Positions 1-10,493 of a stretch of DNA of 64,000 bases are shown here, one piece after another. Below the pieces are notes generated by a model that saw nothing but the letters and a program-made list of their open reading frames with translations, did not search any database and was not told where the DNA came from. Position 1 is the first letter of the stretch. Each line of letters opens with the position of its first letter. Location of the stretch: contig NC_042998.1 in the NCBI RefSeq assembly GCF_006345805.1, forward strand, positions 101,928,001-101,992,000, read 5' to 3'. The position numbers were made by a program, and so were the translations under genes. Origin of the DNA: Octopus sinensis (taxonomy: Eukaryota).

Positions 1-604
1 TTTTGTCATATTTACATACTTATTTCCAATTTCATTGTTATTTTCATCACCCTTATTTACTTCGCTCTTCTTTTTACTTTTTACCACAATTTTATTCCTA
101 TATTTGTATAAATACTATAGTGTACGCCTTCGAGCTGGAGGCAGTTTTGAGCTTTGGATCGTAATCCTAAATATAAACTTTAAGGTTTTGTTTTTAAAGT
201 AAAGATGAAATTTTTGAAGGTTTACACGGGGTCTTTTCAAAGAAGTGTTTAAAATAATTTCTGATATGAATATTTTTTACAAATACTTAATGTTTAAAAA
301 AAAGAATTTAGAAAGAATTTAAAAAACATATTGCAATATGATTTAAGTTTGGCAAAACTTTTTGAAACAATACTTCTCTAAAATTAATCCTCTAACATTG
401 AATAAGAATCACTAATCTGTTGCAAGAGCAAAAATATATACTAAAAGTATACCAAAACCATTGTAAACAAGCCAGCACATTAAATAACCATTGCAATCTA
501 AAATAGGTTGAGATTGTAAAGCTATAAAATGAAGCTATAATTCACCAAGCAATACCACACAAGAAACCCAAGCTATTTCAAGTTTTCCATTTGCTTCTGT
601 GTAC

Positions 605-646
605 CTGACGAAAAAGAATTATATTAAATAATTAGCTGAAACTTGT
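605..646 (+). ncRNA. Degenerate hammerhead-like relic
   Basis: CTGACGA at 605-611, an AATTAT/ATAATT hairpin, then GAAAC at 638-642. Stem I pairing is poor. Confidence 0.25.
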
Positions 647-748
647 TGAAAGACGTGATAACCGTATGTATCATTTACAATCATCCTTTTCAACAAAATT
701 GCTCACACTGACGCACACATACTAACATACATACATATATACATACAT

Positions 749-790
<42 letters not shown>

Positions 791-795
<5 letters not shown>

Positions 796-990
796 TAATC
801 CAACGGGAAAAAAGAAAAAAAACAACAACACGTGGAACAATTACAGTATTATTATTATTAGGCGCTCAGGAAAATCGAAGAAGGAGGGTATGACGTTTCG
901 AGCGGAGCTCTCCGTCGGAAACATACGAGAAAGAAAGATCCCGAGACGGGAGGACAGAGGAAAAAACATTGCAGGTAGTTTTCACGAGGT
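791..990 (-). mobile_element. (TA)n-anchored short repeat carrying a decayed HHR; diverged member of the family at 35620 and 37862
   Basis: The minus strand reads GTATGTTT-CCGACGG-A-GAGC-TCC-GCTC-GAAACGTC-ATAC, then TTCCTGAGCGCC..TAATAC, and ends at a (TA)n run, as the other copies do. Confidence 0.6.
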
Positions 991-1094
991 CACATACTAA
1001 AAATACGGAAGTGGTAAAAAAGGAGGAAGATGTTTTTTAAAAACAGGAGAGCTGAATCAAAGAGGGAATGGTAAAAAAGGTGGGCGAGAAGACG

Positions 1095-3830
1095 AGGGTG
1101 TGTGTGTGAGTGTGTGCGTGTGTGTGTATGTGTGTGTATGGTGGAGAGTGGCTAGTAGCAGGCAGTAGTAAATTAAAGGAGTAGTGTGGGGGTACCCTAG
1201 CAAGTCAGAAAGGCAGATCCGAAACAGGGAGGTATGTGTGTGTGCGTGTGTATGTATGTGTGAGTGTGTGCGTGTGCGTGTGTGTATGTGTGTGTGAGGC
1301 GAGATAAAAAAGACAAAAAATATGTATATGTTAGTGCGTGCAGGGCGAACGGATGACATAGCAAGTCTCGAGTGAGTGGTCAGTGGTAAAAAAAGGGAGG
1401 AAGGAGGGAAGAAGGGAAGGCGGGAAAGGGTGGGGGCGTATGTAACGTGCCAGTGTGTGTCCAGTGTGCGTAGTTGTGTGTATGGCAAGTAAATTTGAAG
1501 TGTGTGTAAGTGTAATGTATATATATGTGCAAATGTGTGTATGTGAGTGGGTGTGTGTATGTGTGTGCGTGTGTGTACAAAGAGGGGGGTTTAAGGAAAA
1601 AAAAAACTGCAGCGGAGAGGGGGGAAAGGGGAAGATGGAAGAGTTGTCTCGCGGCGACAGGCGTGGGAGAACCCAAAGAGACGCGCCGGCCCCAGATACG
1701 TACAGGAGATCTAGTCGGTCAACCAAGAGCGTGGTGCATGCATGCGTGTATGCGTGCGCGAACGTGCACAAGCGTGTATGTGCGCGCGCCTGCGAGTGTG
1801 TGGGTAAGTATGTATGTGTGTAGATGTGTGAGTGTGTCTGTGTGTAAGTCTGGGTGTCAGTGTGTCCGATGAATGTATGTATGTGTGTGTATATGTGTGT
1901 ATATAGATGTATGTCCATGTGTGTGTGTGTGTGTGTGTATGTGTATGAGTGTGTATGTATGTACGTGTGTGTGTGTGGAAGTGTGTGTATGTGCATGTGT
2001 GTGCGCGTACATGCAGGTGTGTGAGTAAGTGTGTGTATGTATGTGTGAGTGTGTATGTCTGTGTGTGTAGGATGCATGTATTTGTATGGGTGTATGTATG
2101 TGTGTGTGTGTATGTATGTGTACGTGCGTGTGTGTGTGTATGCATGTATGCATGTATGCGTATGCATGTGCGTATGTGTGTGTGTATGTGAGTGAGCATG
2201 TGTGTAGGTATATATGTATGTGCGTATATGTGTGTGTATGTGCGTACATGTGTGTGTGTGTATGCATGTGTGTGTATGTAGGTGTGTAGGCGTGTGTGTA
2301 TAGGTGTATGTATGTAAGTATGTATGGGTGTGTCCGTGTATGTGTGTGTATGCATGTGTGTGTATGTAGGTGTGTAGGCGTGTGTGTATAGGTGTATGTA
2401 TGTATGTATGTATGTATGTATGTGTCCGTGTGTGTTTGTGTATGTGTGTGTATGCATGTGTATGTAGGTGTGTGTGTACGTATGTAATATATGTATGTAT
2501 GCGTGTGTGTGCGTATGTATGCGTGTGTGTGTGTATGTAGGTGCGTATGTATGTGTGTAGGAGTGTAGGTGTGTGTGTGCCTGTATGTGTGCGTGTGCGT
2601 GTATATGTTGGTGTGTGTTGTATGTGAGTGTGAGTGTATGGGTGTTTGTCATGCATGTGTGTGCGCGTGCAGGCGAGTGTGTGTGTAAGTATGTGTGTGT
2701 ATGTATGTGTGAGTGTGTATGTGTGTATGTCTGTGTGTATGTATGTGCGTATAGGAGTATGTAAGTATGTGTGAGTGTATGTGTGTGGGTGTATGTATGT
2801 ATGTGTGTGTGTGCATGTGTGTAAGTATATGTGTGTGTGCGTATGTATATGTATGTGTGTGTGTTTATGTATGTGTGTATGTATGTGTGTAGGCGTGTGT
2901 GTATAGGTGTATGTATGTATGGGTGTGTGTCTGTGAGTGTTTGTGTGTGTGTGTAGGTATGTGTGTATGTATGAGTGAAGGTATGGCTGTGTAGGTGTGT
3001 GTGTGTATGAATGTAAGTGTGTGTGTGTACAAGTGTAATGTATGTATGTAGGTGTGTGTGTGTGTATGTCTGAAGTAGGTATGTGTGTGTATCTATGTAT
3101 GTGTGTGTGTGTGTATGTGTGTGTAAGTGTGTGTGTGAGTAGGTGTGTGTGTGAGTAGGTGTGCGTGTATGTATGTGGGTAGGGATGCATGCGTGTGTGT
3201 GGGTATGCATGTATACATACGCACGCACACACCCGAAGCACGCCCACACACAAGGAGCACGCTCACACACACAACACACGAACAATGCAACGCAAGCCTA
3301 TGGGGCCGACCAACCCCAGCACGCGCCAAGGCGTGCGCGCGCGGGGGCCCCGAACAACCTGCTCCACGGGAACCGAGGATCCATCAACCAAAACCAGAAA
3401 GCAGAAAAGAGGGGGGGGGGGCTGCCTGGGTGCAAACAGGTGTATCTGTGTGTGCATTCGTGTAAAGGTGTGCATGTGTAGGTATGTGTGTATGTATGTG
3501 TGTGTGCGTACATGTATGTGTGCATGTGTGTGTGTGTATGTAAGTATAGATGTGTGAAGTATGTATGTGCGATGTGTGTGTGTGTGTGTGTGTATGTATG
3601 TGCATACGTATGTGTGTATGTATGTATGTATGTCTGTGTGTGTGTGTGTGTAAGTATGTATGTGTGTGTGTATGTATGTATGTGTGTATGTATGTGCATG
3701 TTGGTTTGTATGTTAGTGTGTGCATGTATGTCTATAAGTATGTGTGATTAAATGTGTGAATGTGTGTACGTAGATGTGTATCCGTATGTGTGTGTGTAAA
3801 CAGGCGTGTGGGATGTAGGTAGGTGTGTGT
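1095..3830. repeat. About 2.7 kb compound (GT)n/(GTAT)n microsatellite with short unique islands
   Basis: Read directly. It is the source of the His/Thr/Tyr and Val/Cys/Met ORFs in the track. Confidence 0.95.
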
Positions 3831-3859
3831 GTGTGGGGTGTTTATCCGGAAAAAAAACC

Positions 3860-4149
3860 TTAGGAGGAGGGGGCTGTGTTAAGTCCGTGTGGGGTAGTGG
3901 TTTGTAGGGTGAAGATGTAGCGTTGCTACAAGTGGAGCCTAGAAAGTGGACGACCATTGTGGGGGGCGAGACCAAACACTGAGATGTCTTTAGGGAATGG
4001 CTGGCCGAGCGGACGTGGCGTGCGACGGGAGAAAAAGAGTGTAGGCGAACGTCCCTCAAATGTTCTGTGAATCGGTCGGACAACCGGCGTCCCGTCTGTC
4101 CTACATACAGCATCCCGCATAGGTTGCATTTAATGCAGTAAATGAGGCC
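3860..4149 (-). pseudogene. PLE GIY-YIG endonuclease C-terminus, frameshifted
   Basis: GLIYCIKCNLCGMLYVGQTGRRLSDRFTEH..SPVARH, then after a frameshift KDISVFGL..RLHL*QRYIFTLQTTTPHGLN. This is the typical PLE endonuclease ending. Confidence 0.85.
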
Positions 4150-4261
4150 ATACATACATACATGCATACATACATACACACACACACACACTCACACACA
4201 CACACTCACACACACAAATATATATATATATACATATATATATATGTATGTATGTATTTGT

Positions 4262-4410
4262 TGGCGCAGGAGTGACTCTGTGACAAGAAGCTTGCTTCCC
4301 GACCACATGGTTCGAAGTTCAGTCACACTACATGAGACCATAGGCAAATGACATCTACTATAGCTGCGGGCAGACCAAATTCTTGTGAGTGAACGGAAGG
4401 CCCCCAAAAG
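4262..4410 (+). mobile_element. SINE family A, tRNA-like head only
   Basis: GGCGCAGGAGTG..GGTTCGAAGTTCAGTC (A/B-box-like). Homologous to copies at 8000, 51401 and 59895. Confidence 0.8.
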
Positions 4411-4416
4411 CCCGTC

Positions 4417-4462
<46 letters not shown>

Positions 4463-4711
4463 ATAAAACGAATGGTTTACACGTCGTAGCTTCTCTCTAC
4501 AAAACAGTAAGTTACATTGTAGAATAGTCATTTTAACGAGTTGTTTTTATTTATTGATTATTCGACGAAATCCATCTGCACCATCAGATGCTCCTGCACC
4601 ATCAGATGCTCCTGCACCAGTTGTTGAGTGTCCCATTCAAGAGAAATCGATACTAGATGTTTCGCAACAATTGTCGTCATTAATAATAAATTCTCGTATA
4701 TACCATTTTCT

Positions 4712-4758
<47 letters not shown>

Positions 4759-4762
<4 letters not shown>

Positions 4763-5338
4763 GTGAAGGGAAGAAATGGAGCTGAACGAAGATTCTACAA
4801 AATTCCTTTTTATTATTTTGTACACATGTTTCAAAGGCTGCAAATTTCCAAATTCGGATTGAATAAGGAGACCATTTTGCAGCTTTCTCTTCAGGAAAAA
4901 CCAGGAATATAAATCTCCAAAACAAATGCGCAGCAGGCTATTCGAACAAAACGCTCCCTAGGAGCCCATGGTTAGGCACAAAACTGTCTCTCAATGTGCG
5001 TTGTCGTCAGGGCGTGTGAAGGCCGACGAAAATGTCCGTTGGAATAAATCGAGGTCAAACTGCGGTTAAATTTGGTAGAGGAAGAATTCGAGAAAACCAA
5101 TGAGTGTGAATATATTCTGTATAACTACTGTTAATGTTCGAATTGTTTTAAGAATGAAAGCTATCTTATTTGGGTGTGAGAAACTACTTACATGTATGTG
5201 TGTGTGCGCTTGTGTATGTGTGGCAGTATGTTAGGAAGCAGCTAGTGGTAAAATATATTGCAGATATTGTAGGTCAAGCGGCCGATAAAAGCCTGTGTCT
5301 GTGTGTTCGTCTGTGGTCAGTTTATACACAGATGACTT
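4759..5338 (-). repeat. Left arm of a ~580 bp inverted repeat (mirror of 6447-7025)
   Basis: The reverse complement aligns end to end with 6447-7025 at roughly 95% identity by eye. Confidence 0.95.
4816..4900 (-). ncRNA. Type I hammerhead ribozyme, mirror copy with a C x C mismatch at the base of stem I
   Basis: The minus strand reads TTTTTC-CTGAAGA-GAAAGCTGCAA..TTGCAGCCTTT-GAAA-C-ATGT-G-TA-CAAAA. Confidence 0.7.
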
Positions 5339-5341
5339 AGT

Positions 5342-6279
5342 AATTTTCCCAGAAATTCCAGGTATTACGTCACTGTTAACTCACACAAAGTTAGGATAGC
5401 CTTCTCCAACACTAAGAATCTATCACAGATAATTTCCTCCCATAACAATAAGTTGCTAAATAAGACCCTCTCACCCTCGGTCGGATACGCAGAATAACGC
5501 GCAGTAATAATAATAATAATAATGATAATAGAACCGGCACAGAGATTAGCAATCTCCATACCAGCCATGGAGTTAATAATAGGAATAAGGATAGGAGCAA
5601 TGGTGACGACACTACTAGCGTTAGTAATGGTAATGGGGATGAGAGCACTGTCCGAGTCATTAATGTAGAGAGTCCCAATAACACTCTTAGCAACGGTTTT
5701 GACAAAAGTAGCATCACGGACATTAGCAATCACAGCGATCTCAGTGCCAGGGAATATACAGGTGATATTCCATTAAATAGTATTGATAATGGGGTGTATA
5801 ATGTCGAAGACAGCCGCAGTTCTCGCAATCATCATAGTAATAAGAACGCCGTATTAATATCTGAAGCCAATCCCAATAGAATAAGGTTCTTATCTAGTAA
5901 TTCCAAGATTAGAAATGCCATTTACCAATGCAGAGTTTATACTGAATCAGATGTCTACTTGTATATCGGAGCGTCATCATCAAAATTGTCCGTGAGAATA
6001 TCGAACCACTTCACAACATTTCGCAATTTTAGAAAACAACACGCGACCGGACTAAGTAAATTGATCTGGCGTTTGAAGAACGCGAATTCAGCATTTAGAC
6101 TGGAATGGTCGATTTTATCGGTGTCTGTACCGTTTGATAGAGGCAAAAGAATCTGTAATCTCTGCAACTCTGAACTTTTTCACATTTTGTTCGCCCGTGG
6201 GCGGCTAGTTAACGCGATTTTGCAAAACTCTTTCAGATGTCCCCATTGGAGGCGTCACACATTTCTTGCATACAATTGA
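5342..6279 (+). pseudogene. 5'-truncated PLE ORF: linker plus GIY-YIG endonuclease (Naiad/Neptune-like type)
   Basis: NFPRNSRYYVTVNSHKVRIAFSNTKNLSQIISSHNNKLLN (5342-5461), then a frameshift, then an open frame from 5464 to 6279 containing NAIYQCRV..YIGASS..RISNHFTTF..TGLSKLIWRLK..LEWSIL..CNLCNSE..RCPH. Confidence 0.85.
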
Positions 6280-6446
6280 AGCGTAAGATAATTAACACCT
6301 TGATGTCCTAAGAAAACAAAAAAATTTGGGAAAAATTTGGAAAAAAATTTTGAATTAAATTTGTAAAGGGAAATTACTCCCCTTTTAGCGTATGATCTGC
6401 TACTTATGTAGAAACAATATCAGGGATTATACTCCCCTTGTTTAAC

Positions 6447-7025
6447 AAGTCATCTGTGTATAAACTGACCGCAGACGAACACACAGACACAGGCTTTTAT
6501 CGGCCGCTTGACCTACAATATCTGCAATATATTTTCCCACTAGCTGCTTCCTAACATACTGCCACACATACACAAGCGCACACACGCATACATGTAAGTA
6601 GTTTCTCACACCCAAATAAGATAGCTTTCATTCTTAAAACCATTGGAACATTAACAGTAGTTATACAGAATATATTCACACTCTTTGCTTTTCTTGAATT
6701 CTTCCCCTACCAAATTTAACCGCAGTTTGACCTCGATTTATTTCAACGGACTTTTTCGTCGGCCTTCACACACCCTGACGTCAACGCACATTGAGAGACA
6801 GTTTGTGCCTTACCATGGGCTCCTAGGGAGCGTTTTGTTCGAATAGCCTGCTGCGCATTTGTTTTGGAGATTTATATTCCTGGTTTTTCCTGAAGAGAAA
6901 GCTGCAAAATGGTCTCCTTATTCAATCCGAATTTGGAAAGTTGCAGCCTTTGAAACATGTGTAGAAAATAATAAAAAGGAATTTTGTAGAATCTTCGTTC
7001 AGCTCCATTTCTTCCCTTCACTAAA
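6447..7025 (+). repeat. Right arm of the inverted repeat; PLE 3' / pLTR-like region
   Basis: Mirror of 4759-5338. It lies downstream of the GIY-YIG ORF and contains an HHR. Confidence 0.9.
6885..6968 (+). ncRNA. Type I hammerhead ribozyme, apparently intact
   Basis: Stem I is TTTTC/GAAAA. Core CTGAAGA is at 6890-6896. Stem II is 11 bp (GAAAGCTGCAA/TTGCAGCCTTT, one mismatch). GAAA is at 6952-6955. Stem III has the palindrome ACATGT. The triplet is GUA, with predicted cleavage after 6963. Confidence 0.85.
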
Positions 7026-7174
7026 TATATAAAACTTCAATTATCCGCGCTAAGGCACGGTTGCAACACCCCATGGTCGTAACCTCAACCGTATTTTTTC
7101 TGTTGTGATTTTTGCTACCCAGGTATCGGTTAAATTTTGAATAATCCGTAACAAGATAATTCATTTATCCATTT

Positions 7175-7234
<60 letters not shown>

Positions 7235-7251
7235 TATATATATGTAGAATA

Positions 7252-7536
7252 TAGGGTAGTGCGTTTGTTTTAGAAATTCCACTACCACCGGCCTAGCATG
7301 CATAAAAGTCCATAGACAAAACATTGTCAAAATAAAATAGTGTACATTTAAACACAAGAGAAAACTGCCTTTTGGTCGTTTTGACTATTCCTTCTAGCAT
7401 GTAAAAACTGCCTGTTGAAAGCAGTTTGTTATTGTGCTTAATTGTACACTATTTTATATTGAGAATATGTTGTCTATTGACTACTATACATGCTAGGCCA
7501 CTGGTAGTGAAATTTCTAAAAAAATACACTACCCTA
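7252..7536. mobile_element. MITE of about 285 bp with long imperfect TIRs
   Basis: TAGGGTAGTG... and ...CACTACCCTA termini. About 120 bp of each arm are reverse-complementary, and the element is flanked by TA. A partial internal copy lies at about 7834-7921. Confidence 0.8.
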
Positions 7537-7922
7537 TATTTTATATATATTTAGCAATTTTTAAAAGATTATTTCGGCATTTATTCATTAACTGCCGAGT
7601 AAAACTGCGCTTGTGCGGTGAATTTGAAAAATTATAATGTATTACGATGAGACACGTGTTATTCGTCTCTTAATTATATTTTAGTGTTATGGCACAGTCA
7701 CTGATAAGAAATTCGCGAAGCAAATTATTTTATTTGCTTAAAAAATGTTGAAACCTAGGTCTGACTGGAATAAAATAACAAGGTGAAAGTGTTTATTTTT
7801 TATTCCTTTTGAAGATTGCTCTTAAATGTGGTTTTGGTCGTTTTGACTACTTCTAGCGTTTAAAAACTGCCTGTTGAAGGCGGTTTTCTCTTGTGTTTAG
7901 ATAAACACTATTTTATATTCAG

Positions 7923-7999
<77 letters not shown>

Positions 8000-8002
<3 letters not shown>

Positions 8003-8117
8003 CATAGGAGTGTCTGTGTAGTAAATAGCTGCTTACCAACCACATTGTTCCGGGTTTAGTCCCACTGCATGGCACCTTGGGCAAGTGTTTTCTATAGCCT
8101 CGGGCCGACCAAACCCT

Positions 8118-8168
<51 letters not shown>

Positions 8169-8366
8169 TATATATATATAATATATATATATATATAATA
8201 TATATATAATATATATATATATAATATATATATATATATACACATATATATATGATGGGCATCTTTCATTTCCGACTACCATAGTCGGAAACTGAAAGAT
8301 GCCCGTCATATATATATGTGTATATATATATATGTATATATATATATATAATATATATATATATAT

Positions 8367-8409
<43 letters not shown>

Positions 8410-8563
8410 TATATATATATATATATATTATATAATATATATATATATATATTATATAATATATATATATATACATATATATATACACACACACATATAT
8501 ATATATATAATATATATATATATTATATATATATATATATATTATATTATATATATATATATC

Positions 8564-8594
<31 letters not shown>

Positions 8595-8880
8595 CTATAT
8601 ATATATATATTATATATATATATAATATATATATATATATATTTATATGTATGTATATATGTTTGTGTGTCTGTGTTTGCCCCCCCCCCCCCGCCACAAC
8701 ATCGCTTGACAACCGATGCTGGTGTGTTTACCTCCCCGTAACTTAGCGGTTCGGCAAAGGAGACCGATAGAATAAGTACTAGGCTTACACAGTATAAGGC
8801 CTGGGATCGATTTGCTCGAGTAAAGACGATGCTCCAGCATGGCCACAGTCAAATGACTGAAACAAGTAAAGGACTAAAAG
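8000..8880 (+). mobile_element. SINE family A, full length, inflated by internal (TA)n expansions
   Basis: Head at 8000-8120. Tail at 8660-8880 (GACAACCGATGCTGGTGTG..GATAGAATAAGTACTAGGC..GACTGAAACAAGTAAA). Confidence 0.85.
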
Positions 8881-8955
8881 ATATATAATATATATATATA
8901 TATTATGTATATATATATATGTATGTATATCTATCTATCTATCCAACTATCTATT

Positions 8956-9020
<65 letters not shown>

Positions 9021-9022
<2 letters not shown>

Positions 9023-9225
9023 TCATGTGTCTGTGTATGTCGCTCCATACTGTTTGACAAACGGTGTTAGTGTTTTTACGTCCCTGCAACTTAGCGTTTC
9101 GGCAAAAGAGCCCGATAAGATAAGTACTAAGTTTCCAAATCATAAGTCCTGGGGCCAAATTGTTCGTGTAATATCCTTCATGGCGTGTTACTCAAGTATG
9201 GCCGCAGTCAAATGATTGACACAAG
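9021..9225 (+). mobile_element. SINE family A, 3' half
   Basis: Homologous to 8660-8880. Confidence 0.75.
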
Positions 9226-9415
9226 TAAAAATATATAATAAAAGAATACACACACATACACTGACACATACGTACATACATACTTGCATACCTAAATTGA
9301 TGTCAGCTTTCTAACAAAAAAATAAAAATTGTTAATATATAATGAAGGCACAAAATGAGTAGCTGTTAAAATTTACCTTATACCTTTCTACAATTTTCAT
9401 ACTTGACAACCTAAT

Positions 9416-10190
9416 ATATCAAGCTGTCTAAAAAGTATGAAATATGAAATTCATCACAATATATTTCAACAATGCGGGAATTTTATTAATCAAAGTAAGT
9501 ACCATTACAGTCAACAGATTTTTGCCAACGACTGACAACTTTGTTTAATATGGTAACAAATATCTGGAGTCCTGAAGCTGATGAACTCATTGAACGCACT
9601 TTCAGCGTCGGTTTGATGTTGAACTCCTTCTCTCGCAGGAAACCAACAAAGTCCTTGAAAAAGTGGCAGTCGGTAGGAGAAAGGTCTGGGGAATAAACTG
9701 GGTAGGGAGGAATTTCGTAGACAAGTTACCTCAACGTCAGGAGCATCATTAGTGAAACGTGTGGCCCTCTTCTGTTGACCAGTCTGGGTCGGAGCAGTAT
9801 CAATTTTTCTTTCCTTTTGCCAATTTCATAAGCAATATGTTTCTGCACGAATGGTTTTTCCGAATTTTAAGAAGCTATGGTGGATAAGCCCAGCAGTACA
9901 TCACAGTCACCATAACCCACTGTTTGAAGAGCTGTGGTTTATGGAAGGTTTTTCGATGCTTCATTTTGGTCTAGACACTCCGAAAATGTCTTTTATTTTT
10001 ATTATTGTACAGAATCCACTTTTCATCCTATATTACAATTCGATCGAGAGATGGATCTGTTTCGTTATGGAGAAGAAGCAACGAGCAAATATCTGCGTGT
10101 TTTCTCATTTTCATTCAAATCATGTGGTACCCATTTGTCGAGGTTTTTTGATTTTCCACATGAAAATGGTTGCAATAAAAGAATAAGGAG
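9416..10190 (-). mobile_element. Decayed mariner (DD34D-type) transposon, 5'-truncated
   Basis: The minus strand gives CSLLLLHNETDPSLDRIVI*DEKWILYNN, PYPVYSPDLSPTDCHFFK and NKVVSRWQKSVD. A TIR-like TATCAAGCTGTCTAAAAAGT lies at 9417. Confidence 0.85.
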
Positions 10191-10319
10191 ATGCAGGGAA
10201 GTAAAAGAATAGGGATTTGGAAAAAAAGAAGAAAAACAGAAGCTGTTTTTTACTCCCTTCCTCTATGACGTGATCTTATTAATATATATCATTCTCATTT
10301 TCCCTATTTTCCCCTATTT

Positions 10320-10375
10320 GTCTCTGATGACGGAATATCCCATATTCAAGGATAACGCAGAAACAGCCGTAAGAT
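10320..10375 (+). ncRNA. Type I hammerhead ribozyme candidate
   Basis: Stem I is GTCT/AGAT (3 Watson-Crick pairs plus one G-U). CTGATGA is at 10324-10330. Stem II contains TATCC/GGATA. The 3' side reads GAAA-C-AGCC-G-TA, with predicted cleavage after 10371. The base of stem II is mismatched. Confidence 0.65.
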
Positions 10376-10454
10376 TTTGAATTTCTTCCTATTATAGTAT
10401 TGTATACGACTTGAGACGTTTATCTTGCCTTAATGTTTGCAGTCCTGTTTAACA

Positions 10455-10493
<39 letters not shown>

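Noticed and set aside
1057-3751. Long ORFs of 640 aa, 524 aa and others
   Set aside because: They are translations of (CA)/(CATA) microsatellite, which lacks stops in some frames, and contain no domain.
6773-6810. CTGACGA-CAA..TTG-AGAGAC in the inverted-repeat arms
   Set aside because: GAAA is absent and stem I does not pair. At best it is a relic.
7947-8746. Ile/Tyr-repeat ORFs here and at many other (TA)n runs
   Set aside because: Microsatellite artefacts.
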